64,000 nt of DNA from an uncultured delta proteobacterium. Its GTDB lineage: Bacteria; Desulfobacterota; Binatia; Binatales; Binataceae. How positions within the stretch are numbered: position 1 is the stretch's first letter; every line of letters begins with the position of its first letter. The translations under genes were made by a program, and so were the position numbers. The notes beneath the pieces were generated by a model. That model was not told the DNA's origin. It saw only the letters and a program-made list of their open reading frames with translations, and searched no databases. Location of the stretch: the NCBI GenBank assembly GCA_963724765.1, contig CAVRVY010000001.1:384001-448000 (forward strand), read 5' to 3'. This document shows, piece after piece, positions 29,493-38,680 of this stretch.

Positions 29493-29942
29493 GTGTTCAG
29501 CGGACGATTCGACCATGCGACCGACGAAAAGGGACGGGTCAGTATCCCGGCCCGATTCCGCGAGGTATTGCAACGGGATGGTCATGAAGGGCTAGTGATC
29601 ACCAACTGGATTTACCAAAAGGAGCGTTGCCTTGCGCTTTTTCCACCCGGCCAATGGACCAAGCTGATCGGCAAGATCAGCCAGCGCGGGAGCCTGGACC
29701 CTTCGACCCAGACGCTCCAGATGTTTTTCGTCGGCGGCGCGCATGAGGTTCAAGTCGATCGCCAGGGCAGAATACTGATTCCGCCAAAGCTGCGCGAGTA
29801 TGCCCATCTCGATCGTGACGTCACTTTCAATGCGTTAATCGACCATTTTCAGCTCTGGGACAAGGCCTTACTGCAACGGATCGTGGAGGCGGCCGAGCAG
29901 CAGATGATGGATCCGGAATTCGTCGGGAAGCTCAATCTGTAG
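29493..29942 (+). CDS. mraZ: transcriptional regulator MraZ
   Basis: DEKGRVSIPARFR and DRQGRILIP (two AbrB-like repeats). Confidence 0.95.
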   Translation: MFSGRFDHATDEKGRVSIPARFREVLQRDGHEGLVITNWIYQKERCLALFPPGQWTKLIGKISQRGSLDPSTQTLQMFFVGGAHEVQVDRQGRILIPPKLREYAHLDRDVTFNALIDHFQLWDKALLQRIVEAAEQQMMDPEFVGKLNL

Positions 29943-29948
29943 GTGGTG

Positions 29949-30866
29949 ATGGCGCTGGCAGCGGAATCGAATGCGGGAGCGGATCGGTTGCATCTGCCGG
30001 TGATGCCGGGCGAGGTGCGCGCTCTGCTGTGCGAGGGCGAGCGGGGCCTCGTCGTCGACGCTACGCTCGGCACGGGCGGACACGCCGAGATGCTGTTGGA
30101 GACAAGCGGCGCGACGCTGCTTGGGCTCGATCGCGACCCGCATGCGCTCGAGGCCGCGGCCGAGCGGCTTCGCCGTTTCGGTTCGCGGGTGATGCTGCGG
30201 CAGGCCGATTTCGCGGAGATCGATCGCGCGGTCGCCGAGGCCGCGTTGGGCGCGCCCGACGCGATCCTGGCCGATTTGGGGATGAGCACCTTCGCGCTCG
30301 ACGACCCGGCGCGCGGTTTCAGTTTCAGAAACGACGGTCCGCTGGATATGCGGATGGATCCAGCGGCGAGGCTTAGCGCCTACGATTTGCTGAACGAGGA
30401 AGGGGAGGACGAACTCGCGCGAATTATTCGCGAGTTCGGTGAAGAGCGCGCCGCGCGCCGGATCGCGCGGGCGATCGTGGAGGCCCGCCGCCGGCGTCCG
30501 CTGACAACCACCGCGGAGTTGCGCGCGGTCATCGAGCGCGTGACCGGCACGCGTCATCGCGGCGCGATCCATCCGGCCACGCGCACCTTCCAGGCGCTGC
30601 GCATCGCGGTCAACCACGAGATTGAGAGTCTCACCGCGTTCCTCGAGCGCGCTCCGGAATGTCTCAGCGCGGGAGGCCGTCTCGCGATCATCGCCTACCA
30701 CTCGCTGGAGGACCGCCCGGTCAAGCATCGTTTCCGCGCGCTCGTGCAGGAGGCCGGTTTCACGGCGCTGACGCGCAAGGCGCTGCGGCCCTCGGCGTCC
30801 GAATGCGCGCACAATCCGCGTGCGCGCAGCGCGCGGCTGCGCGCGATCGAACGGGGGCCACGATGA
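29949..30866 (+). CDS. rsmH: 16S rRNA m4C1402 methyltransferase RsmH
   Basis: DATLGTGGH, GPLDMRMD, HPATRTFQALRIAVN, YHSLEDR, NPRARSARLR. Confidence 0.97.
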   Translation: MALAAESNAGADRLHLPVMPGEVRALLCEGERGLVVDATLGTGGHAEMLLETSGATLLGLDRDPHALEAAAERLRRFGSRVMLRQADFAEIDRAVAEAALGAPDAILADLGMSTFALDDPARGFSFRNDGPLDMRMDPAARLSAYDLLNEEGEDELARIIREFGEERAARRIARAIVEARRRRPLTTTAELRAVIERVTGTRHRGAIHPATRTFQALRIAVNHEIESLTAFLERAPECLSAGGRLAIIAYHSLEDRPVKHRFRALVQEAGFTALTRKALRPSASECAHNPRARSARLRAIERGPR

Positions 30867-31153
30867 GCCGCGCGCGGGTCAAGCCGTCGCGCCCGCCGTC
30901 GCGGCTGTTGCAGGCGATTCTGGCAGTGGGCGTTATCGCGCTGGGTTTTGCGACCCTGATGGTGCGCCTGGAGGTCACGCAAGAGGGCTATCGGCTCTCG
31001 ACGCTGCGCAGCGACAATCTCAAGCTCGAAGAGGACAACCGCAATCTGCGCCTGAGCGTGGCCGAAGTCGCCTCGCGTGAGCGCCTGCGCGCACTGGCTC
31101 CGAAATTCAATCTTGGTCCGCCCGCGCCCGGCCAGGTGGTGACGCTGCCGTGA
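30863..31153 (+). CDS. ftsL: cell division protein FtsL
   Basis: Position between rsmH and ftsI; one TM segment plus leucine-zipper coiled coil. Confidence 0.8.
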   Translation: MSRARVKPSRPPSRLLQAILAVGVIALGFATLMVRLEVTQEGYRLSTLRSDNLKLEEDNRNLRLSVAEVASRERLRALAPKFNLGPPAPGQVVTLP

Positions 31154-33285
31154 ACGAGCCGTTCAAAAGACGCCGCGGCCGTATCGGCGCGCTCACCATC
31201 GTGCTGGCCGCGCTCTTCGTGCTGATCGCGCTCAGGCTCGCCGCGCTGGTGGTATTCGACGGGCCGCGCCTGACTTCGCTCGCGCGCACGGAGCATACGG
31301 GCGAAGTCGCGCTGGCGGCGCCGCGCGGCCCGCTTACGGATCGCAATGGCGAGCCGCTCGCGCTCTCGGCCGAGACGCGATCGATCTATGCGCGGCCGGC
31401 GCAACTGCTCGCCGCCGCCGCGCCCGAGCAGCGCGCCTCGCTGGCCGCCGCGCTCGGAATCGCGCCCGCCGATCTGGAGGCGAAGCTTCATCGCGGAGCG
31501 CCCTTCGTATGGCTCCGGCGCCATCTGCCGCCCGCCCAGTCGCAGGCGGCCGAAGCGCTGAGCCTCGATGGAGTGGGCGCGCTCAGCGAATACAAAAGGT
31601 TCTATCCGGAGGGTACCCTGGCCGCGCCGGTGGTGGGGTTGGCGGGGATGGATGGCCAGGGTCTCTCCGGCCTCGAATTGCAATACGATCGATTGATCCG
31701 CGGCGAGCCGGTGGTGTTGCGTTTCTATCATGACGCGCTCGGTCATCCGATCTTTGACAGTCCGCTGGCGCTCAAGACTCCAGAGGCGGGCGCGCGCCTG
31801 GTGCTGACGCTCGACGCGCGGATCCAGGCGCTGGCCGAAAACGATCTGGCCGCCGAAGTGCGCAGCAGCGGCGCGCGGCGCGGCGCGGCCGTGGTGCTCG
31901 ATCCGTTCAGCGGCCAGGTGCTGGCTCTCGCGAATATCGCGGCCGACGGCGCAAGCATCGGCGAGCGTCTGCACGATACCGCGGTGCAGGACGCCTTCGA
32001 GCCGGGCTCGACGATGAAGGGGCTGCTCGCCTCCATCGCGCTGCAGGACGGCGCCATCACGCCGCGCCAGCGCATCTACTGCGAGAACGGCGCCTACACC
32101 GTTGCACGGCGCGTGATCCACGACGACAGTCCGCACGGATGGCTCGATCTCGGCGGGATAATCGAAGTTTCCTCGAATATCGGCGCATCCAAGATCGCAC
32201 TCAAGCTGGGTTCCGAGCGCTTCTACAACGGGTTGCGCGCCTTCGGCCTTGGCGGCCGCACCGGAATCGATTTGCCAGGCGAAGCGGCGGGCATCCTGCG
32301 CAAGCCTGGGTCGTGGCGCGAGATCGACCTCGCCAATCATGGCTTCGGCCAGGGCGTGGGAGTTACACCGATCCAGCTCGCGGTTGCGTACGCGGCGATC
32401 GCCAACGGCGGATACCTGGTGCGCCCCTACGTGGTCAAGGCCGCCTACGACGCCGCGGGCCGGCCGCTGCTGACGCATACGCCCGAAGCCTTGCATCGCG
32501 TCATCTCGCCCGAGATTGCGCATACCATGAACCGGCTGTTGCAGGGCGTGGTCAACGGCCCCGACGGCACCGGGCGGCTCGCGCGCGTGAGCGACTTCGT
32601 GGTAGCCGGCAAGACCGGCACCGCGCAGATGGTGAATCCCACGACCGGCGCTTACTACCAGAGCCGTCTGGTCGCGTCGTTTGTAGGATTTCTGCCCGCA
32701 GACGATCCGCGGTTGGTGATCCTGGTCGTGCTCTACGACGTCGCCCACGGACACTTTGGCGGACTGACCGCCGCACCGGTCTTCAGCCAAATCGCCTCGG
32801 GCGCGCTTAGCGATTTGAACGTGGCCTCGACCGGGCCGCACTACGACGCGGCGAGCCTGTTGCCGATCGCGCACACGGCGCGCAACGATTCGCGCGACGA
32901 TTCACGCGACGATTCAATTGACCAGTCACCTGACGCGCTGGCGGGATCGGCGCTCGGCGGCGACGACGCGACGGCCGCGGCGCTGACCGGCGACGACCGG
33001 ATTCCGGATTTTAGCGGACTCAGCCTGCGGCGCGCCTTTGCGCTGGCCGGCCGGCGCCATCTCAACCTCGAGGTCGAAGGCGACGGTTACGTTGTCGCGC
33101 AGCGGCCCGCACCCGGTGGAGCGGCGGGCGCCGGCAGCGTGACCTTGCGGCTGGCGCCGGTGGTCGCGGACGCGCGCGCGGCGGGACCTTCTTTGGGGAC
33201 AGACTTGACGCATGGCATCCGGGCGGCTCCGGCGCACCCCCCTGCGCCGGCGTCGCGCCATGCACATGGCGGGCACAGACGATGA
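31150..33285 (+). CDS. ftsI: penicillin-binding protein FtsI with C-terminal PASTA domain
   Basis: FEPGSTMK (SxxK), SSN, KTGTAQ; IPDFSGLSLRRA PASTA. Confidence 0.93.
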   Translation: MNEPFKRRRGRIGALTIVLAALFVLIALRLAALVVFDGPRLTSLARTEHTGEVALAAPRGPLTDRNGEPLALSAETRSIYARPAQLLAAAAPEQRASLAAALGIAPADLEAKLHRGAPFVWLRRHLPPAQSQAAEALSLDGVGALSEYKRFYPEGTLAAPVVGLAGMDGQGLSGLELQYDRLIRGEPVVLRFYHDALGHPIFDSPLALKTPEAGARLVLTLDARIQALAENDLAAEVRSSGARRGAAVVLDPFSGQVLALANIAADGASIGERLHDTAVQDAFEPGSTMKGLLASIALQDGAITPRQRIYCENGAYTVARRVIHDDSPHGWLDLGGIIEVSSNIGASKIALKLGSERFYNGLRAFGLGGRTGIDLPGEAAGILRKPGSWREIDLANHGFGQGVGVTPIQLAVAYAAIANGGYLVRPYVVKAAYDAAGRPLLTHTPEALHRVISPEIAHTMNRLLQGVVNGPDGTGRLARVSDFVVAGKTGTAQMVNPTTGAYYQSRLVASFVGFLPADDPRLVILVVLYDVAHGHFGGLTAAPVFSQIASGALSDLNVASTGPHYDAASLLPIAHTARNDSRDDSRDDSIDQSPDALAGSALGGDDATAAALTGDDRIPDFSGLSLRRAFALAGRRHLNLEVEGDGYVVAQRPAPGGAAGAGSVTLRLAPVVADARAAGPSLGTDLTHGIRAAPAHPPAPASRHAHGGHRR

Positions 33286-34841
33286 AGCTCGCCGAATTGA
33301 TCGCTGGAGAGACCGATCTGCGCGTTCACGGCGACGCGGGGGTGGAAGTCGCGGGACTCAGTTATGACTCGCGGCGAGTAAAGCCGGGCGATCTGTTTTT
33401 CTCACTGGCGCGGGACGCCGAACAGGCCCGCGCCAACATCGATGATGCATTGAACCGCGGGGCGCGTGTGGTGGTGATGAAGGGGTGGGAAGGTGGTGAA
33501 GGCGCGCGCCCCGCGGTGACCGTTGTCGAGTGCGAGCGGCCGCGCCGGCTGATGGGCGCGGCGGCCTCGCGTTTTTTCAACGCGCCGAGCCGCCGGCTCG
33601 AGCTGGTCGGCATCACCGGCACCAGCGGCAAGACCACGACCGCTTACATGCTCGCGTCGATCTTCGAGGCCGCCGGCGCGCCACCGGGAGTCATCGGCAC
33701 GATCGGAATCTTCGTTGGCCCGCGCAAAATCTATAGCGGACTGACTACGCCCGAGTCGCTCGACTTCGAGTCCGCCCTGGCCGACATGGAGCGCGCCGGT
33801 GTGCGGCGTGTGGCTGCGGAAATTTCGTCGATCGGTCTTGCCGAAGGGCGTGCCGACGCGCTGAGCTTTCGCGCCTGCGTTTTCACCAACCTCGGCCGCG
33901 ACCATCTCGACTATCACGGCACACAGGGAAAATATTTCGCCGCCAAGCTGCGGCTGTTCACCGAACTGCTGCCGAAAAGCACCTGGCGCGACGCGGTCGC
34001 GGTGGTGCGCGGCGACGATCCCTTCGGCCGCCGCCTGCTCGACGCGGTCAAGGGCCGCCAAGTTCGGCAAGTCCGGCAAGTCCGGATAGTGAGCTTCGGG
34101 CTGGAGCCCGGGCTCGACGTTCATCCACTGAGCTACAGCTTCGGCACCAACGGCATCCGCGCCTCGGTCGCGGCGCTCGACAAACGAATCGAAGTGCGCT
34201 CGCCGCTGCTCGGCGAGATCAATCTGCTCAACATTCTTGGCGCCTCCGCTGTGTCGGTGGCCCTGGGCATCGAAACGGATGTGGTCGCGGAAGGGTTGCG
34301 GCGATGCCCAGGGGCCCCCGGCAGATTGGAGGCGGTGCCCGGTCCGCCCGGCGTGACCGTGCTGGTCGATTACGCGCACAAGCCGGATGCGCTCGAGGCG
34401 GTGTTGCGTGCGTTGCGCGCGCTCAAGCCGCGTCGCGTCGTGTGTGTCTTTGGCTGCGGCGGCGATCGTGACCGCGGCAAGCGTCCGTTGATGGGCGGGA
34501 TCGCGGGACGGATGGCGGATCTCGCGATCCTCACCTCCGACAATCCGCGCAGCGAAGATCCGCTGGCGATTATCGCGGAGGTCGAGGCCGGCCTGAGCGC
34601 CGCGGGCCTTGGCCGTATCGCGCCGCAAGCGGCGGGCGACGCGCCGGGTTACCTGGTCGAACCCGATCGGCGGGCGGCAATCGCGCTTGGCCTTGACGTG
34701 GCGGCGCCCGGCGACATCGTGCTCATCGCGGGCAAGGGACATGAAGACTACCAGCTCGTCGCGGGGCGGCGGCTCGATTTCGATGACCGCGCGGTGGTGC
34801 GCGCGCTCGTGGCTGAGCGCGGGCACGCACGCGGTGCGTAG
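33282..34841 (+). CDS. murE: MurE (meso-DAP-adding type)
   Basis: GITGTSGKTT, TNLGRDHLDYH, DYAHKPD, GCGGDRD, DNPR (DAP specificity motif), AGKGHE. Confidence 0.96.
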   Translation: MKLAELIAGETDLRVHGDAGVEVAGLSYDSRRVKPGDLFFSLARDAEQARANIDDALNRGARVVVMKGWEGGEGARPAVTVVECERPRRLMGAAASRFFNAPSRRLELVGITGTSGKTTTAYMLASIFEAAGAPPGVIGTIGIFVGPRKIYSGLTTPESLDFESALADMERAGVRRVAAEISSIGLAEGRADALSFRACVFTNLGRDHLDYHGTQGKYFAAKLRLFTELLPKSTWRDAVAVVRGDDPFGRRLLDAVKGRQVRQVRQVRIVSFGLEPGLDVHPLSYSFGTNGIRASVAALDKRIEVRSPLLGEINLLNILGASAVSVALGIETDVVAEGLRRCPGAPGRLEAVPGPPGVTVLVDYAHKPDALEAVLRALRALKPRRVVCVFGCGGDRDRGKRPLMGGIAGRMADLAILTSDNPRSEDPLAIIAEVEAGLSAAGLGRIAPQAAGDAPGYLVEPDRRAAIALGLDVAAPGDIVLIAGKGHEDYQLVAGRRLDFDDRAVVRALVAERGHARGA

Positions 34842-35123
34842 CGCGAAGGAGGGCGGGGGTTGCGGGTGGCGTCCTGAGGGAGGCCTTCGGTCGGAGGTGG
34901 TGGATGGGTGGTTGGGTGACCGATCGAAGGCTTGCCTCAGAATTCCAGGCTGCGAAGGATGGCGCCTGCGAAGGATGGCGCGGTCAGTACCGCTGCGACG
35001 GGGTTCGGCGCTCGCAGCCGGGCGGCCTAAGGCCGCTCGGCGCGGGCGTGCCGTCAAGCCGTCGCCGGGCGCACCTTGCGTCTGTGCGGCCGTGGCCAGC
35101 ACACTCGAAGACGGGTTTGCCCA
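34842..35123. other. structured intergenic element between murE and mraY
   Basis: 21-bp imperfect inverted repeat (34874-34894 / 34920-34940), 16-bp tandem direct repeat (34950-34981) and further hairpins. Confidence 0.6.
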
Positions 35124-36203
35124 ATGCTGTACATTCTCCTGTTTCCGCTGCACGCGCACTACGTGGGCTTCAACGTCCTGCGCTACGAGACCTTCCGCTC
35201 CGTGCTGGCGGGCCTCGCGGCGCTGGCGTTGGCTCTGGCAGCGGGTCCACGACTGATCCAGCGCTTTCGCGCAGCGCAGATCGGCCAGACCATCCGCGCC
35301 GAAGTTCCGCAAAGCCATCAGAAAAAGGCCGGCACGCCCACGATGGGCGGTCTGCTCATCCTCAGCACCGCGCTCATCGCCACCATCCTGTTCGCCAACC
35401 CCGCCAATCCATACGTGTGGCTTGCGATCCTGGTTACGCTGGCCTTCGGCGCGATCGGCTTCACCGACGATCTGTTGAAGCTGCGCCGCGGCAAGGGCCA
35501 GGGCCTCAGCGGCCCGCAGAAGCTGTTCTGGCAGTTCGCCTGCGCCTTCCTCGCCTCCTTCGTGCTGTTCGTGGTGTTGCGTTTCGACACCACGCTCACG
35601 GTTCCGTTCTTCAAGAACCTGCATCCGAGCCTGCCGCGATGGCTGTACGTGCTGTTCGCGATGTTAGTGATGGTGGCGTGTTCCAACGCGGTCAACGTCA
35701 CCGACGGGCTCGACGGTCTGGCCATCGGCCCGGTGATGACGGTCGCGTTCTGCTACTGGACCTTCACTTACGTCGCGGGAAATCTGAAATTCTCGGCCTA
35801 TCTCGACATCCCGCACGTGGTGGGCGCGGGCGAGCTCGCGATTTTCTGCGCCTCGCTAATCGCCGCGTCGCTGGGGTTTCTGTGGTACAACGCCTACCCC
35901 GCCTCGATGATGATGGGCGATGTCGGCGCGCTCGGCCTGGGCGGAGCGTTGGGCATCGTCGCCGTGCTCTCCAAGCAGGAACTGGTGCTGCCGATTGCGG
36001 GCGGCATCTTCGTCATCGAGGCTGGTTCGGTTATCCTTCAACGCTACTACTACAAGGCGACGCATCGGCGCATCTTCCGGATGGCGCCGCTGCATCATCA
36101 CTTCGAACTTGGCGGATGGCCGGAGACGCAGGTGGTCGTGCGGTTCTGGATAATTTCGATCATCTGCGGGCTGGTCGCGCTCAGCACGCTCAAGCTGCGC
36201 TGA
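35124..36203 (+). CDS. mraY: phospho-N-acetylmuramoyl-pentapeptide transferase MraY
   Basis: KKAGTPTMGG, NAVNVTDGLDGL, MGDVGAL, MAPLHHHFE. Confidence 0.97.
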   Translation: MLYILLFPLHAHYVGFNVLRYETFRSVLAGLAALALALAAGPRLIQRFRAAQIGQTIRAEVPQSHQKKAGTPTMGGLLILSTALIATILFANPANPYVWLAILVTLAFGAIGFTDDLLKLRRGKGQGLSGPQKLFWQFACAFLASFVLFVVLRFDTTLTVPFFKNLHPSLPRWLYVLFAMLVMVACSNAVNVTDGLDGLAIGPVMTVAFCYWTFTYVAGNLKFSAYLDIPHVVGAGELAIFCASLIAASLGFLWYNAYPASMMMGDVGALGLGGALGIVAVLSKQELVLPIAGGIFVIEAGSVILQRYYYKATHRRIFRMAPLHHHFELGGWPETQVVVRFWIISIICGLVALSTLKLR

Positions 36204-36237
36204 GGACACGGGCACAAGGATACGTCTGCTTCATTCT

Positions 36238-37578
36238 ATGGACCTTGCGGGCAAACGCGTGATGGTGATCGGACTAGGCGTGAGCGGACTCGCGGCTGCG
36301 CGCTTGCTCGCGGCGCGCGGCGCGCATCTGGTGATGACCGATCTGCGCGCCGATCTTCGCCTCGACGCCGGCGCGGGCGACGCTTCGCCGCCGCCGGGCG
36401 AAATCCATCTCGGCTCCGAAGACCCTGCCTGGCTTGAAGGCGTCGAGCTGTTGGTCACCAGCCCCGGCGTTCCGCCCACCTCGCGCCTGCTGGTCGAAGC
36501 CGACCGCCGGCGAATCCCGGTGATTAGCGAGTTGGAGCTGGGCAGCCGTTTCGTCGCCGCGCCAATCGTCGCGGTGACCGGCACCAACGGCAAGAGCACG
36601 GTGACCACGCTCCTCGGCGAAATTTTTAAGGCCGCGGGACGGCGCGTCTTCGTCGGCGGCAACCTCGGCACGCCGCTGGCCGAGGCGGCCGGAGAGGAAT
36701 TCGACGTGGTGGTGGCCGAGGTTTCGAGCTACCAGCTCGAACGCACCGTGCGCTTCAAGCCGCACGTCGGAGTACATCTCAACCTCGCCGAGGACCATCT
36801 CGATCGCTATAAGGACCTCGACGAGTACGGCAACGCCAAGGCGCGTCTGTTCCGCATGCAGGACCGCTACGACTGGGCGATTTTGAACCGCGACGATCCG
36901 CGGGTGTGGGTTTTGCGCACTAAACTCTCCGCGCAGGTGATGAGCTTCGGTCTGGGGCCGGCCGAGTTCACGCCCGCGATTGGCTACGAAGGCGGCGATC
37001 TGATCTTCGACATTCGCACTCGCCACGGCCGTATCAATCTCAAACGCTTGCGGCTCCTGGGCCGCCACAATATCGCCAACGCGATGGCGGCCGCGGCGGC
37101 GGCGCTGGTCTCCGGTATCGAGCCGCGCGTGATCGAGGGGGCGCTGGCGGATTTCGCCGGACTGCCGCATCGCCTGCAGTTCGTCGCGGAGCGCGGCGGC
37201 GTGACCTATATCGATGACTCAAAGGGGACCAACGTGGCCTCGGTGGTCGAGGCGCTTGCGGCGATGCGCGCGCCGGTCATCCTGATTGCCGGCGGCATGG
37301 ACAAGGGCGGCGATTATGCGCCGCTGCGCGAGCCGCTGGGCGACAAAGTGCGGCGCTTGATTCTAATCGGAGCGGCGCGCGACGCGATGCGCGCGGCGCT
37401 CGAAGGTGCAACCGAAATCGAACTCGTTCAGACGCTGGATGAGGCGGTACGCCGCGCGGCCGCGGCCGCGCGCCGCGGCGACACCGTGCTGCTCTCGCCG
37501 GCCTGCTCGAGCTTCGATCAGTTCAGGAACTATGCGGAGCGCGGGCGAATATTTCAGGAGCTGGTTCGGGCGCTTTGA
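36238..37578 (+). CDS. murD: MurD
   Basis: SPGVP, TGTNGKSTVT, GGNLG, EVSSYQL, DDSKGTN, LSPACSSFDQF. Confidence 0.97.
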   Translation: MDLAGKRVMVIGLGVSGLAAARLLAARGAHLVMTDLRADLRLDAGAGDASPPPGEIHLGSEDPAWLEGVELLVTSPGVPPTSRLLVEADRRRIPVISELELGSRFVAAPIVAVTGTNGKSTVTTLLGEIFKAAGRRVFVGGNLGTPLAEAAGEEFDVVVAEVSSYQLERTVRFKPHVGVHLNLAEDHLDRYKDLDEYGNAKARLFRMQDRYDWAILNRDDPRVWVLRTKLSAQVMSFGLGPAEFTPAIGYEGGDLIFDIRTRHGRINLKRLRLLGRHNIANAMAAAAAALVSGIEPRVIEGALADFAGLPHRLQFVAERGGVTYIDDSKGTNVASVVEALAAMRAPVILIAGGMDKGGDYAPLREPLGDKVRRLILIGAARDAMRAALEGATEIELVQTLDEAVRRAAAAARRGDTVLLSPACSSFDQFRNYAERGRIFQELVRAL

Positions 37579-38680
37579 GTCGGTCGCTCGGCCGCAGCTC
37601 GACCCCTGGCTGTATCTGCCGGCGGCGGCGCTGGCGGTGCTCGGCCTGCTGATGGTGCTCAACACCACCTATTTCCTCGGGCTCGAGAAGACCGGTGACG
37701 CGTTCCATTTCTTCAAGCTTCAGCTCTGCCATATCGCGGCCGGGCTGGTCGTGCTCGCGCTGCTTTCGCAGCTCTCGCTGCGCGGATTGCGCCGGCTAGT
37801 GGTGCCGCTGATGGTGGTGGCGGTGCTGATGCTGCTGGCGTTGTGGATTCCCGGGCTCGGCGTGATGCGCGGCGGGGCGCGCCGCTGGCTCAGGCTCGGG
37901 CCGCTGCTCGCGGAGCCTTCGGAGCTGGCCAAGTTCGCGATGGTCTTTTTTCTGGCCGACTTTTTGAGCCGCCGGCAGGAGCGGATGAACGCGTTTGCCA
38001 GTGGCCCGCTGCCAACTTTCATCGCGGTGGGTCCGCTCGCGCTGCTCATCCTGAAGCAGCCCGATTTCGGCAACACGGTGATGGTGGTGATGCTGCTGTT
38101 CGCGATGCTGTTCGCGGCGGGCGCCCGCCTTAAGCACCTCGGCGCCGCGGGCGGCGGCGCGCTGGCCGTGCTGGCTATGCAAGCTGTAGCAAAACCCTAC
38201 AGGATGCGCCGCCTGAGCGCCTTTCTCGATCCCTGGCAGACTGCCCGCGGCGCAGGTTTCCAGCTCATCCAGTCCTTCATCGCGCTCGGCGCGGGCGGCG
38301 GATGGGGCGTCGGGCTGGGCGCCGGGCGGCAGAAGATGTTCTATCTCCCGCAGGCGCACACCGATTTTGTCTTCGCCGTGGTCGGCGAGGAGTTTGGATT
38401 GCTCGGCGCGGTTGTCGTGCTGGTGCTGTTCGGCACGATCCTGGTTCGCGGGATGCGGGTTGCGCATAAAGAGCCCGACCCGTTCGCGAGCCTGCTCGCC
38501 GTCGGCCTGACCGCGCTGCTCACGCTGCAAGCGCTGGTCAACATGGCGGTCGTGATCGGGTTGGTGCCGACCAAAGGACTGCCGCTGCCTTTTCTGAGTT
38601 ATGGCGGGACCGCGATGGTGATGGCGATGGCCGCACTGGGGACGCTGCTCGCTCTGGCGCGCAGGCCGGCGGTGCGATGA
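37532..38680 (+). CDS. ftsW: FtsW (SEDS family)
   Basis: GARRW, PSELAK, QPDFG, YLPQAHTDF, PTKGLPLPFLSYGG; nearest in-frame ATG with an RBS is 37532, overlapping the murD end. Confidence 0.93.
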   Translation: MRSAGEYFRSWFGRFESVARPQLDPWLYLPAAALAVLGLLMVLNTTYFLGLEKTGDAFHFFKLQLCHIAAGLVVLALLSQLSLRGLRRLVVPLMVVAVLMLLALWIPGLGVMRGGARRWLRLGPLLAEPSELAKFAMVFFLADFLSRRQERMNAFASGPLPTFIAVGPLALLILKQPDFGNTVMVVMLLFAMLFAAGARLKHLGAAGGGALAVLAMQAVAKPYRMRRLSAFLDPWQTARGAGFQLIQSFIALGAGGGWGVGLGAGRQKMFYLPQAHTDFVFAVVGEEFGLLGAVVVLVLFGTILVRGMRVAHKEPDPFASLLAVGLTALLTLQALVNMAVVIGLVPTKGLPLPFLSYGGTAMVMAMAALGTLLALARRPAVR

